Shown: positions 26,331 through 40,407, numbered from the stretch's first letter. The stretch: DNA of 64,000 bases from Octopus sinensis (GCF_006345805.1 NC_043012.1:23622001-23686000), one strand, 5' to 3'. A program made the numbers and translations. The notes: generated by a model from the letters alone, not told the origin.

Positions 26331-27527
26331 AAACTAAAGTAAAAAAAAAAAAAAAAAAAGAAATAATTTAACAAACAAACAAATAAAAGCTGTAGACTTA
26401 CTGCATATATTTATATTTTCTGTTTTATTTTATTGTTTTTTTACTTCATTGTTTTTTAATTTTAAATTTAATGTGGAATTAAGCCTGAGTTTTCTGCTTT
26501 GTATTCAGGGCAAGAATCTCTTTGTGGTTGTAGAATTCACCTGCATCTAATGTATCGGTGATGATGATGATGATGATGATGATGGCTGCGGTTAATCGTG
26601 ATAGCGATGCTTATTGATAATAAATACACAGATGATGACATCGGTGACGGTGGGAGGAGGTGAGGGTTGCTAATGGTCGTGATGGTGGGTGGCTGGCTGG
26701 CTGGCTTGTTGGTTGGTTCGTTATTCACTGTGGTGTTGCTTAAGTCTCTGATCAAGCAGACCTCCTAATGAGATCAAATCAAAGGCATTCCAGCTGTGAC
26801 CATCCTGTCGATTCACCTTCATGCAGAGAACCCACAACTGCATTATCCAATGTGATAGCATCATCATCATCACCTTCATCATCATTATTTCACATTCCAT
26901 GCTTTGCATGGGATGGACACTTTGAGAACATTTGCAAAGCTGCACCAGTCCTCAATATCATCTTTGGAATGGTTTCTGTGGTCGGATGCCCTTCCTAATG
27001 CTGGAACCCTTGAAGGGTTTTAGTCAAACAAACTAACTCCATTGCATTTTGTTTTTATAAATCTGGTGCTTTCTCTATTGGTCTCTTTTGCCAAACAACT
27101 AAGTTACAGGGACATAAATAAACCAACACGAGTTGTCAAGTGGTGGTGGCGGTGGTGGATATGTTTTTTATCTTTTTTTTATTTATTCTGTTTCAAGTTA
27201 TTGGACTGTGGCCATGTTGGAGCACTGCTTTGAAGGGTTCAGTCAAATAAATCAACAGATGTATTTTTTTTAAAAACCAAATCAGTGCAAAGTATAAGAA
27301 ATAATACAAGTCAAAAGGGGAAAGGACAAACCATTTACTTATTTCTTACAATTTCCCTTGTTTTGATATTCATAAAACAAAAAATTATATCACAGCTGTA
27401 GAAACTCTGCCAGATCAAGATTGAAGCCTGGTGCAGCCATCTGGTTCACCAGCCCTCAGTCATTCGTCCAACCCATGATAGCTTGGAAAGCGGATGTTAA
27501 ACGATGATGATGAAGATAACAATATTT

Positions 27528-27688
27528 AAATTTTATTCAACAAAAACAATAACAACATGTAGCAAACACATCTTTAAATGATTATTCTGGAGCATATTCA
27601 CCATCTACTTCAATTACTGCTTCCCATTTGATTGTCATTTAAAGATGTTTTTGTTAAATATTGTTATTGTTTTTGTTGAATAAAATTT
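27528..27688. repeat. Fold-back inverted repeat (~54-bp arms, ~53-nt spacer)
   Basis: AAATTTTATTCAACAAAAACAATAACAA..ACATCTTTAAATGA / TCATTTAAAGATGT..TTGTTATTGTTTTTGTTGAATAAAATTT. Confidence 0.9.
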
Positions 27689-28074
27689 GTTGGAAAAAAA
27701 AAGCCGCAATAATTATGCACCAACCCAATATATATGATGGGCTTCCACACAGTTTTCATAAACCAAATTCACTCGAAAGGCATTGATTGACCCTGGGCTA
27801 TGATAATATGATAGAAGACACTTGCCTCAGGTGCTGTGCAGTGGGACAACCCGAAACCAGATGGCTGCTGAGCTAGCTTCCTAACCACACAGCCATGCCT
27901 GAAACAATATATTATAATGTTGTTGTTATTGCGGTCGAACCCCAGGTGAAAACCTTATTAGAGAAGACCTGTAGCAGAGATAACCTGGCTATTACTAGAT
28001 ATGCTGAACTTGCTGTGTGGAATATATATGTGGAGCAGTGCTATTGGCAGTGGATTGGTTGGTTGCTTGGAATA

Positions 28075-28305
28075 TATTTCTTTACTACCCACAAGGGACT
28101 AAACACAGAGGGGACAAACAAGGACAGACAAAGGGATTAAGTCGATTACATCAACCCCAGTGCATAACTGGTACTTAATTTATCAACCCCAAAAGGATGA
28201 AAGGCAAAGTCGACTTCGGCGGAATTTGAACTCGGAACGTAACGACAGACGAAATACGGCTAAGCATTTCGCCTGGTGTGCTAACGTTTCTGCCAGCTCG
28301 CCGCC
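28075..28305 (-). mobile_element. SINE family A, full length
   Basis: Complete head (GGCGGCGAGCTGGCAG) to tail. Confidence 0.92.
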
Positions 28306-29782
28306 ATGTTAGGGTAGAAGGTATTGCAGAGATGGTGATGAAGTAGGTCAAAAGTGGATGGCTTGGCAGCAAATTCAAATTCCTCCTCATCACAAGAATA
28401 ATGATTAGACGATGGTGTATCAGAGCAGAACATTGAATCTGTCATTATCATTGAATTAATTACAAGTGGGCGGAGCTTGAGCACTTAGGAGAGTTTTGTT
28501 TGCTAGACCATGAATGACATTTTTTTCTTTCTTTTTCTGAAGACTCAGAAGACAAGAATTTATAGGGTGATTAATTTGGACCCAAGTATATCACTGCTGT
28601 TCGCTCCATTTTTTTTTTTTTTTTTTGTGTCTTTTATTATGATACTTATTTCTGACATCGGACCATGGCCATATTGGGGCACCACCTACTAGAAGGATTT
28701 AGTTGAGCAAACTGACCCCGGCACTTATTTTTCATGTCTGATACTTATCCTATCACTCTCTTTTGGGTGAACAACTAACTTATTGGAACATAAACAAACC
28801 AACATTGGTTATCAAGCAATAAAACAAAGATGAGCACACACACACACAATTTTTGTGTCTCTTGGTAAATCTAGAGCTATAAAAGACACTTGCCCAAGGT
28901 ACTGTCCAGTGGGACTGAACCCTAAGCCACACCCACAAAATACAAAATTTGTCTTTGCCATTGAGCTTGCAAGAAATTTCATTTTATCTACTCAAGATGG
29001 AGGAAAGATGGAAGAATTTGAACATTAAACAAAATAGATACCATTTTAAGTTTATATCAGTTTAAAAACTTGTCTTATCAAGTATGATGTTTCCTTTTAT
29101 GTCTGTAACATAGCAGTCTGACAAGCAAAGACTAATAAATTAATTAACAAACTGAAATAAATATTAACATCAGAATGCTTCAACAAACCATGGAAGGCAT
29201 GGCTTCAGTGTGGTCAGTGTCCAATAAAAAAAAGCTAGAAAAAGAAGATAGGGGATAGATTGATAGCATATGCCTATCTCAAACAATGATACTAAATCGT
29301 CGTCGTCGTCGTCATCATCATACTGCTGCTTGCATGGGTTGGATAGTTTGATAGGCTTTCAGATGCCTAAAGGCTGCATTATGCTCCAGTGTCTGTTTTC
29401 TCATGGTTCTTATGACTGGATGCCCTTCCTTATACCAACTACTTTACAGTGTGTGCTGGGATGCTTTTTATGTGGCACCAACACTAGTGAGGTTGTCAGG
29501 CAGCTTGCAAGACTACGGACACCAAGAGGGCAACTTTATGCTATGAATAAAGGGTAGAGAGGGATAAAGTATAGGAGAAAATGTAATGTGCTATTTAGGA
29601 TACAAAGCTGATATGGAGCAAGGAAGAGGCCCTTTAATAAAGCTTACCTTAACACCATCGAAAATCATCACTGACCTCCACCTTCACCAGTGCTATCCAT
29701 CATCAGTAACACTAACCAAGACTACCCAAAGCCTGGCCTTCAACAAATAAGGTGCAGGGTGACTTTTGGGGGTGTGCCTTAC

Positions 29783-29939
29783 CATGCCAGAAAATACAGT
29801 ACTTAAGCAAGGATTTTGTTGGGGAATCATTGATACAGAGATCCTGTTGATCACTAATAGATGGCATCTTTGTGTTATTTTTACAACATACTGATGTGGG
29901 GTTTTTTTTAGAACAGATAGCTCTCCTCTTGGCTTACAA
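29783..29939 (-). CDS. Putative internal exon (157 nt, phase 2-0): CKPRGELSVLKKTPHQYVVKITQRCHLLVINRISVSMIPQQNPCLSTVFSGM
   Basis: atatttttcctaatccag| ... GCATG|gtaagg; only the phase-2 frame is open (52 codons). Confidence 0.35.
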
Positions 29940-30532
29940 CTGGATTAGGAAAAATATAACCATCTTCCCCTAGTTTGCATGCTAGTTTTCAAAGACTTAT
30001 TTCAAGAAAAGAAAAACTGTCTTTTAACACAGTGAAATAAAGAAATAAATGATAAATTTTTTGTTTTAATGACACTGTGTAATTAAGAAACTCATTTAGC
30101 AAGCACATGACTTTGGGTCCACAGCACCTTGGGCAAGTGTCTTTGACAATAGCCCTAGGTCAACCAGTGTCTTGTGAGTGCATTTGGTAGACAGATTCTA
30201 TGTGCAAGCCCAACAGGATTCAATGCTAGCTGGATTTCAGTTCAGATTCAGCAAAAATAATATGAGTATGCATGATATAAAAGAAAGACTCAAGATGGGT
30301 GGTCAAGGATGGAATTGCTTGATTTATTATCATTGCTGAAACATGGAATCAACTACCTGCATCAGTTGTTAGCTGTCAAGACACTACATCCTTCACAACT
30401 TCCATGCTTCCTGAAATTCGTCAACAGAACACCTGATGCTACCTTTTGTTGTTCTTGCTGCAGTGCACCTGAGCATTGTATACAATCATTTCATTATCAT
30501 TATTATATTATCATAACTCTGCTATATTGGAT

Positions 30533-31974
30533 TTAACCTTTTCATTACCAACCTGGCTGAAACCGGCTCTGGATCTGAGTACAAATGTCTTGTTTTCATA
30601 AGGTTGGAATTAAAATCTTCCACCAAACCTTAGAGACAATTTATGTTCCTAACACTAGCTGAATGATAACTAAGTCTTACTAAATTCTTTGTTATATTTA
30701 AAGTAATTGAAAGAAACACAGAGCATCTCAACAGAAATACAGTGACGAAAGGGTTAAAATATATAATAGAGAAAAAATTCTTAACCCTTTTGATACGAAC
30801 CCAGCCGAAACCACTTCTGGCTCTGTAATACAAATGTCTTGTTTCCATAAGTTTTGAATTAAAATCTTCCACCAAACCGTAGTCACAATTTAAAATCTTC
30901 CACCAAACCTTAGTCACAATTTAAAATCTTCCACCAAACCTTAGTCACAATTTAAAATCTTCCACCAAACCTTAGTCACAATTTAAAATCTTCCACCAAA
31001 CCTTAGTCACAATTTAAAATCTTCCACTAAACCTTAGTGACAGTTTATGTTCCTAACACTAGCTGAATGATAACTAAGTTTTACTAAATTCTTTGTTATA
31101 TTTAAAGTAATTGAAAGAAACACAGAGCATCTCAACAGAAATACAGTGACGAAAGGGTTAAAATATATAATAGAGAAAAAATTCTTAACCCTTTTGATAC
31201 AAACCCAGCCGAAACCACTTCTGGCTCTGTAATACAAATGTCTTGTTTCCATAAGTTTTGAATTAAAATCTTCCACCAAACCTTAGTCACAATTTAAAGT
31301 CTTCCACCAAACCTCAGTGACAATTTATGTTCCTAACACTAGCTGAATGATAACTAAGTTTTACTAAATTCTTTGTTATATTTAAAGTAATTGAAAGAAA
31401 CACAGAGCATCTCAACAGAAATACAGTGACAAAAGGGTTAAAATATATAATAGAGAAAAAATTCTTAACCCTTTTGATACAGACCCAGCCGAAACCACTT
31501 CTGGCTCTGTTAATACAAATGTCTTGTTTCCATAAGTTTTGAATTAAAATCTTCCACCAAACCTTAGTGACAATTTATGTTCCCAACACTAGCTGAATGA
31601 TAACTAAGTTATTTTACTAAATTCTTTGTTATATTTAAAGTAATTGAAAGAAACACAGAGCATCTCAACAGAAATACAGTGACGAAAGGGTTAAAATATA
31701 TAATAGAGAAAAAATTCTTAACCCTTTTGATACGAACCCAGCCGAAACCACTTCTGGCTCTGTAATACAAATGTCTTGTTTCCATAAGTTTTGAATTAAA
31801 ATCTTCCACCAAACCTTAGTCACAATTTAAAATCTTCCACCAAACCTTAGTGACAATTTATGTTCCTAACACTAGCTGAATGATAACTAAGTTTTACTAA
31901 ATTCTTTGTTATATTTAAAGTAATTGAAAGAAACTCAGAGCATCTCAACAGAAATACAATAACGAAAAGGTTAG
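30533..31974 (+). mobile_element. Tandem array of 5 piggyBac-type MITE copies with identical spacers
   Basis: TTAA-CCCTTT...AAAGGG-TTAA units starting at 30533, 30781, 31185, 31465, 31718; spacer AATATATAATAGAGAAAAAATTC four times; internal AATTTAAAATCTTCCACCAAACCTTAGTCAC subrepeat. Confidence 0.9.
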
Positions 31975-32779
31975 ACTGAATCACAAGCAACAAGAACAAC
32001 AACAGCAACAAGAACTGGTATCTATGTTTATGAACCTTAGAATTAATTAAAACTCAATTCGATCATGGTTTGAACTCATATTCAGAAAGGATGAAACTGA
32101 AAACTGCAAATCATGTCTGGAACAATTCTCAAAACCCCATTGGTTTATCTGAGAAAAGACTTTATTTTTAATACAATGAAACACATTGTAAGACAGACAG
32201 ACAAGAAAACCATGGCAGCAGAAATAAGGGAAGCAGAGAGACAATGTTTAAGACATGCTGTAAGACAGACAGAGAAAAACTATGGAAGGAGAAGTGGAAC
32301 AGAAAAGACAATGTTTAGTATAGAGAATTAAAAGCTTGTCAGTGAACTACTAACACAGACTTTGGTAAACATTGGAATGTAAAGCATTCTTATATATTCA
32401 TTCTGAAAACTGGTGAAGATGATAACAAGATGGAGTTAACTCAATAAATACACTGCCATGGCATTGGTAATTACATTTTCATATCATTGGAGTTTGAGAG
32501 AGAGAGAGAGAGAGGAGGGAGAGAGAGAGAGCAAGAGAGAGATGAGAAAGTTAATGACAGAGAAAGAGATATGAGAGGAAGAGAGAGAGATAAAGAGAAA
32601 GATGAGGGGAGAGAGAGAGACAAAGAGAAAGATGAGGGGAAAGAGAGTTTGAGATTGAGAGACAGTCAGTCAGATAGAGAAGCAAAGAGTGTGTGAGAGA
32701 GGGAGAGAGAAAGAGAGAGTTAGTTGAAAAAGTTTGTGATAGAGAGTGAAAGAAAGAGAGAGAAAGTGGCTGAGGGAAT

Positions 32780-32814
<35 letters not shown>

Positions 32815-33174
32815 AAGTTAGTGATAAAGAGCAAATTAGAGAGATTCAGAGATTGAGAAAAGGAAAGAGGGAGGGAGAGAATAATTGAAATAGATATGGT
32901 GAACAAGTCCCATTGAATAAACTTACTTTTATAAAATTGGTAACTCATACAGATTCTAAGTGTTGAAAAAAGTTGGCTGACTTTTCAAACAAGGAATTCT
33001 CAAGCCTTTGTGTGTTTGTTTAGAAGAATGCCACTGCCTCGTTACAACTAGTTGTACATAACTATTATGTCTGTAAACAGAGGGTAAATAGAAACAGAAC
33101 TGACCAGCACACGCATACACATTTCACACATACACACACACACACACACACAACACATAGGAATGTAACTGATA

Positions 33175-33224
<50 letters not shown>

Positions 33225-33226
<2 letters not shown>

Positions 33227-33527
33227 AGGTGTAATGGCCCAGTGGTTAGGACAGCTGACTCGCAGTTGTAGGATTGTGGTTTCGATTCCCAGACCGGGCA
33301 TTGTGAGTGTTTATTGAGTGAAAACACCTAAAGCTCCACAAAGCTCCGGCAGGGGGTGGGGTGGCGATCCCTGCTGCACTCTTTCGCCACAACTTTCTCT
33401 CAGTCTTTCTTCTGTAGGCCTGCTCGCTTAGCCAGCGGGGTGGCGTCATTTGAAGGCTAAAACAATGTGAAGCACATTGTGACCAGCGATGTGTAGCAAC
33501 ATCTGATAGCCTGGTCGATCACGGTGA
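33225..33527 (+). mobile_element. SINE family D
   Basis: TAATGGCCCAGTGGTTAGG..GGTTTCGATTCCC; reverse complement of 11325-11622. Confidence 0.88.
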
Positions 33528-33541
33528 TATATATATATATA

Positions 33542-33764
33542 TATTTCTTTACTACCCACAACGGGCTAAATATAGAGGGGACAAACAAATGGATTAAGTT
33601 GATTACATCGAACCCAGTGCGAAACTGGTACTTAATTTATCGACCCCGAAAGGATGAAAGGCAAAGTCTACCTCGGCAGAATTTGAACTCAGAACGTAAC
33701 GTCAGACGAAATACTGCTAAGCATTTCGCCCAGGGCGCTAACGTTTCTGCCAGCTCGCCGCCTT
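33542..33764 (-). mobile_element. SINE family A
   Basis: Near-full copy. Confidence 0.9.
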
Positions 33765-34695
33765 GTATATATATATACACACACACGCGCACACAGAGAG
33801 GCAGGAGAATTGGGAATAATCACTTAGATAACAGTACAAAACCAGGATTTACTTCAATCTTGTGTGTACCTTCCATTATCCTCATCACCATCATCATCAT
33901 TTAATGTCCACTTTTCCATACTTGCATGGTTCAGATGTAATTTGTTGAGGCAGATTTTTTTTTTTAGGGATGGATGCCCTTCTTGTCCCCAAACCTTACT
34001 CATTCGTGAGCAAAATAATATTTCCCATGGCCAGACATGTTTTCCATGGAAGACTGCAAACAAACAACATCATTTGATTGATATCTGATGCATGTTAACA
34101 ACCACCGCATGATGTCTAGCCATACATAGTGGCTAGTTTTTGCAGTTTCTGTTTCCCAAATCTTTTCACAAGGATTTCATCAAATTCAGTATGCCATTTG
34201 TTTATAAGAATTGTGGTTACTGCAAAGAAAACTGGCACATATATATATATATATATTAGAAGGTTTGGAGATGATGTACAGGTATTTTATATTAGAAGAA
34301 ATGAGGTACTCAGAAATTTGGATGGTTTTATATTTACAGATATGTATTTGTATATTACATGTTTTTATACATCATATAACATATATCATATATTAGCACT
34401 TTCTCCCATTCTAGTGGGGTTTTCAAATCGGATATATATATATATCAAAATCAGACACTCTCTTTTCCTATTTTTCTCTCTCTGTCACTCTTCCTATATC
34501 TGTCTCTCTATCTTTTTATCTCTCTCTTTTCTCTTTCTATGTCTCTATCTCTCCTCACTCTCTTCCAAAAAGGATAAGAAATATAGAAGGAAGCAATGAG
34601 AATGTTTTGTTTGTCAATGGAATGGAGTGAGTCAATTAAAGAATTTATTTCTCTTCGCATAAGACAATAGAAAAGTTCTTGTGATTTGAGCATAC

Positions 34696-34774
34696 CCTGT
34701 TTGGACCATGGATAGTAGATAACTGTCTTTCAAGGCTATCTGGAACTCCCTTAGGCCTGGTGTTAAAGTTAAAT
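34696..34774 (-). CDS. Putative exon (79 nt); two frames open (DLTLTPGLREFQIALKDSYLLSMVQTG or FNFNTRPKGVPDSLERQLSTIHGPNR)
   Basis: tttttctctcgttcccttcatttcataag| ... ACAGG|gtatgc; the first frame ends in phase 2 and matches 29939. Confidence 0.35.
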
Positions 34775-36946
34775 CTTATGAAATGAAGGGAACGAGAGAA
34801 AAATCTCATAGAGTAAGATGCCAGGATGATACAGAAAACCTTCTTAGACAATATGGTACCTAGTTCCAAAAGTTAGATAAGACAGAAACAATGTAAAATA
34901 AATTTTCTGCTAAAAATGATAATAAAATACTAACAGCAGGTTTGAACTCATGACTCCCAAAATGGCTCAGACATACACCCTCAGCCAATCTCACTTCTAA
35001 TCGGACCATAGGCAGAGCACATAATCTGTTCAGCCTCTGCAGCTTCATAAAATTTTATTTGTTAATAACAATTATTAAATAGAAGAAAAGCCCGATAAAA
35101 GACTGCTAAAATTAATAAAATCTGAAAAAAAAGAAAAAAATTATAAAAAAGAATTTAAACCAAATCTGATGTAAGTTGTGTAATACTATAGCACTTATTA
35201 GGAAAATGGCTTTGTTTGTGTTCCACATTATTGATTGGCTTTTGAAAACACAATGCTGTCCACCAAGTCATTAAGGTCTTGACAATATCCTAGCCATTAG
35301 GAAGGTCAGTGAAATTTAATCCTTAAATTAAATTGAAATCGAAGCCTTTTTCTTTTGTTAAAAACAAAAGACAATATCAAGTGGAGTTGCATCACCCTCC
35401 ACTCGTGTCATTTACTGCTTCGACGACGACTAAGCAACACTATAGAACAGTAAGTAGGTGGGAGGGAAAACACTTCAGACTATTGAACACAACACAATAC
35501 TCCAATACTCCCCACTTTAAAGATGAAAAAATAAAACTCAACATATTCCAACTGGAACTATTAAAAAAAAATTAAATAATGAAATTTAGAATACATTAAC
35601 ATTTTCCCTCTGTTTATGTCCAATTAATCGTCCAATTCAATTCCTGTTCCTAAATAAAATAAGCGTACACAATGTTAGTTGATTTGCTATTATCACAGTT
35701 AAATATATTTTTAAACTAATTTTCTCCACCCATCTCTTTAAAATATTGGATTTGCTTGGTAAAGTTACTAACACTAAAAGCAACAGAAACAAGATGTTAT
35801 AGCAATAAATCTAAGCAGACAGATTTAAGGTGCATACACCAGGAGTTTTTTTATTGCTTAAGACAAGGAATAATACATAACACAAAATAGATAGAATATG
35901 CTTAGTTATAGGCGCAATTCTACTGAAATAATGTTTGACTAATGCCAGTATACTTTATCCAAGAACAAGACCCAAGGTTAGTGAAAATCACAGTTATCGC
36001 AGTCAGCAAAGTAAAAACTTTCTGACTGGAAGATTATCAGCTTTTGTCCCAACAAAGATATTGAATTGTCTCTCACAAAATCCTTAATTACAGATAGAAA
36101 CTATGCAGAGGTACAGTTCACTCCTACAAACATAAGCATCAAAGTAGTAAAAATGTTGGTATATTATCTCAGTCCCCTTACAAATAACCATCATATAGCT
36201 GTCTCTCTCTCTCATATTTCAATCCTATTACTCTAGATATTTTCTATTAGCATTTATCCAGCTACAGCTGTCTTCCCATTCATTTGCGTGGGAAAGGAAG
36301 GGACAAACAAAGACAACTCAGAGAATAAGATGGGAGAGGCACTATATTTAATGCTGATGGGGTTGAGACAAACTTCTTGGTGTTAATGATTACACAAAGA
36401 CAGGTAAAGACAGGCTCTGGGGCTGAGAAATTTGCTTCATGACTACATGATTTGGGGTTTAGCACCTTAGACAAGTGTCTTCTAGTTAAGCACACTGGAC
36501 CAACCAAAGCCTTATGAGTTGATTTGGTTGCTGGAAACTGAAAACAAGACTACTGTATGTGTGTGTGTCTGTGTATCAGTCTGTGTGCGTGGGGGAAGGA
36601 TATGTTTGTTTCCACATGCTACTGCTTGAATGAAAGTGCAGTGGGTGGTGTTTTCAGTTTTTCTCCAACAACGAATTAGCTGAGGGTTAGTGACAGGAAG
36701 GGCATCCAGTTGTAAAACAATTCAGCATGTAAACAGCACGTTCATCAACTCGTGCAAATATAGAAAAGCAGACACAAAACAAATGAACGTGACATTGCAA
36801 AGTAGAGAAAACTGTTTATTTTGCAGAGAACAAGATAATCATTGATATCAGACTTGGGTGTGTTATCTTTGATATATACTGTATAGACAGAAGCACCTTA
36901 CAGTAATGGTACATCAGCTTCTCACACTAACAACATATATATCCCT

Positions 36947-37290
36947 GCACATGTTCAGTCCATTCTTGGACAAAGGCCTCAGCATGTTCTCTCCACTAAC
37001 CACAGTCTGATGCTTTCCTCATCCATTTTTAGGTGCTGAAGAATTTAACAAAGTCTTCATTCCAGCTTCTGCAAGGTCTTCCTCTCCTCCTTTTATCTGC
37101 TTTTGATGTCCACTCCGTCCATTTACTTTTCCATCCATTCTCCTTTCTTCTAAACATATGTCCCGTAAAAGACCATTTCAGAGTTTTCATTTTCCAGATA
37201 ATTTCCGTTAAGTCTGTTGCCATTCTTATCCTGTGGTTTCTCCACTTAACCATTTTGTTTAATCTTCAGCATTCTCCTTTCCATGGCTCT
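36947..37290 (-). mobile_element. Degenerate RTE LINE C-terminal fragment
   Basis: LKWSFTGHMFRR..W..KWTEW...KRRRGRPCRSWNEDF..WREHAEAFVQEW. Confidence 0.85.
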
Positions 37291-37714
37291 TCAGAGTCTT
37301 TTGAAAATTAGGGAAGAGAAGAAATATAAAACGACAAAATGCCTTGTGGCATTATGAAATGTGCTTTTACAAACTAATTACACATTATATGGAATTGGTC
37401 AAATTATGTAGGCACCTCTCAGGACACGTTGATAAAGACCTAAAAATTAATAGAAGCTGTTTCTCATTTTTGATGGCTGTCTCTCTGTCTCGGATTATTA
37501 AGTACCAGTGATACATTGAGATAGATTCAATCTATTATAGTGCTTCTTCCCATTAAATTGATGATCTCAGACCAGTCGGGTGGGTAGGTGAGTGGGAGAA
37601 CTATCATTAAAATATTTCAATTTGTAATATTATTTCGTTACAGAATAACTTACACCATAATAGAGTAAAACACAAAAAATGCTTCCCTCCCCTCCATATG
37701 CGTGTATGAGCACG

Positions 37715-37749
<35 letters not shown>

Positions 37750-37881
37750 TAGTATTAAGAATTTTCTGTTGGTTGGCTAAAGTATTTGGTACTGAACAAG
37801 GATCATCAGTTAAAGATAAAAGTAAAAATATAAATATATAAAAAATGAAAGAACATTTTAGAAATGACAAGTATTAATAAG

Positions 37882-37916
<35 letters not shown>

Positions 37917-37990
37917 TGTATGTATATATATATATATATCATAAATTACAGAAAAAGGAAATGATTAGTTGCCAAAAGAATCACTGTCAA

Positions 37991-38103
37991 AAGGGCAATG
38001 TTCTGTTTTAGCTACTTTCACCAAATAATGGATAGCCGCCAAAGTTAGTCATTATCTTAAAATACACTTAAAGAATCCAAAACGACTGTCAAGGTTTTAT
38101 TTC
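37991..38103 (+). repeat. 113-bp segment duplicated at 46803-46915 (1 mismatch)
   Basis: AAGGGCAATGTTCTG...GGTTTTATTTC read in both places. Confidence 0.95.
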
Positions 38104-38767
38104 TAGCAAGGACGCAAATAAGACGAGATATTCAAATAGAGATAAACAATAATGGGGGGATGAGAAAAGAGGGGAAAAAAAAAAAGATGCATATTATTCA
38201 TCCACAAAAACGTAGAAGCATTTAGACTAACAGTTAGAGCATTGCACTCATGATCACAAGACTGTGGTTTCAATTCTCTACACAGCTGCAAATGAGTAAC
38301 CTTGCGACATACTGGCGTTCTTGTTCTGGGAGTGTGTTGTGATTTCTGCCACTTATACATCATGGAAATTGGGTAACTGCCATTGGGAGTCCTAAGACTC
38401 AAGGTAATAAATTCAGTGGATGATGATGGTGATGATGATGATCCACAAAGAAAAAAAGGAAAAAGAAAAAATTTTATATTTTCTAAAAAATAACCCAGAT
38501 TCTTCTCACCTTTTCTTGAATTTTAACTTCTTACTTTTGCAAAATGAAATAGCATGAATAAAATCTAAGAAATATATTTTTTGTTCTTTTTATACATTAT
38601 TTCCCCTGAGAGTTGATTTGTTGGACTTTTACAGTTGTGTTTTTGTACCAGGAGGCCCATTTTACAACTAACCACTCAAGCATGAAGAAGGTGTGCCACA
38701 TGGCTTTGACATTCAGGTAAAATAAGATAGGCAGAGTAAAGTGTTTTGTTTGGTGAATGGCCAATGA

Positions 38768-39002
38768 AAGGCGGCGAGCTGGCAGAGACCTTAGCACGCT
38801 GGGTGAAGTGCTGCCTCATGGTATTTCGCATGTCGCTACGTTCTGAGTTCAAATTCCGCCAAGGTCGACTTTGCCTTTCATCCTTTCGGAGTCGATAAAT
38901 TAAGTACCAGTTACGCACTGGGGTCGATATAATCGACTTAATCCCTTTGTCTGTCCTTGTTTGTCCCCTCTATGTTTAGCCCCTTGTGGGTAATAAAGAA
39001 AT
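38768..39002 (+). mobile_element. SINE family A, full length
   Basis: Complete head to TAATAAAGAAAT tail. Confidence 0.92.
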
Positions 39003-40317
39003 GGAATGGCCACAGCTGTGTGGTAATACTGAACTTAAGTACTGATATATCAAGTGTGGTGGAGCAACTTTGATTAATCCATGCTTTACAAATCATATTA
39101 AGGAGAGGAACACTTTGAAAAATGATGTTAGATAATTGTGAAGGTGTGTGGCCTAGTGGTTAGGATGCTGCACTCATCATCACCTGATCATAGGCTTGAT
39201 TCTCAAACAAGGCACTGCATTGTGTTCATTTCCTGTTGCTCTGCTGGTGTGAGAGTGACAGAGTTGTTGGCAGATTGGTAGAAATGCTTTATGGTATATC
39301 TTCCAACTCTCTACATTCTGAGTTCAAATCCCACCAGTCTGAAATTCCAGGAATCTACTTAATGGCGAAAGGGAAGGGTACAGACCCTCCCAAATCATAC
39401 ATAAAGTGCTGGAGAAGGTTCACATGCAGAGGACCTGCCCAATGACGGACTACCACTAAACTAGACTAATCAAAGAATTAACCATACAAAAGCTGCAGAA
39501 ATACACAAAAATCAAGCAAATATTTTTGGGAAATGAGTTCAGTACATTTGGGATCACAGTTTCAAATCTTAACACAGGTAGCACCAGTTTGTTTTGTTGT
39601 TGTTTTATTGGATTTTAGTTTTACTGGTATAAAATGTTCCCAATCACATAGTTTCAAGTACTACACCTTGGCTAAGTGTCTTCTGTGATAGCATTTGGGC
39701 TAACCAAAGCTTTCTTAGCAAACTTTGTAGATGGAAACTGAAAAAACAAGGCAAGAAATAAACCTTATCTTCATGTGTGTGTGAGTATATCTTTTAACTT
39801 TTACTTGTTTCACTCATTAGACTGTGGCCAAGGTGGAGCAGTAACTTCAGTGGTTGAGCAGAACAAATCAATTCATCTTTTTAAATCTGGTAGTTATTCT
39901 GTCAGTCTCTGGGCTGAACAACTAAGTTAAGGGGGTGTAAAGAAACCAACAGTAGTTGTCAAACAGAGGTAGGAGCAAACACACACATACATACATTTAT
40001 AAACATATATATAATGAGAATGTCATTTATATACATATATATATAATGAGAATATGGTGTTGGTTTGTTTACATCCTTGTAACTTAGCAGTTTGGCAAAA
40101 GAGACCGACAGAACGAATACCAGACTTAAAAAATAAAGTACTGGAGTGAATTTGTTCAAATAAATTTTTCAAGGTGGTACTCCAGTATGGCTACAGTCCA
40201 ATGACTGAAACATGTAAAAAATAAAAAATGGATGAATACACCCGCCCACACACACACACACACACACACATATCTCCCCACTGTTATTGTGCATTTGCAT
40301 TCAAGTCTGTCTATGTG

Positions 40318-40407
40318 TTATAGTTTCAGCAAATAAGGTTCCAGAGGTGGGAAGACCATTTGCAGAAACTCCAAGATCTCCAGCGGCAAGTTGGGATGCT
40401 TGAATGC
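40318..40407 (-). CDS. Putative terminal exon (phase 0): AFKHPNLPLEILEFLQMVFPPLEPYLLKL*
   Basis: Acceptor gtgtgtttggtttcag|GCATTC; a 120-nt intron separates it from the 40528-40572 exon. Confidence 0.35.
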   Translation of the reverse strand, partial: AFKHPNLPLEILEFLQMVFPPLEPYLLKL

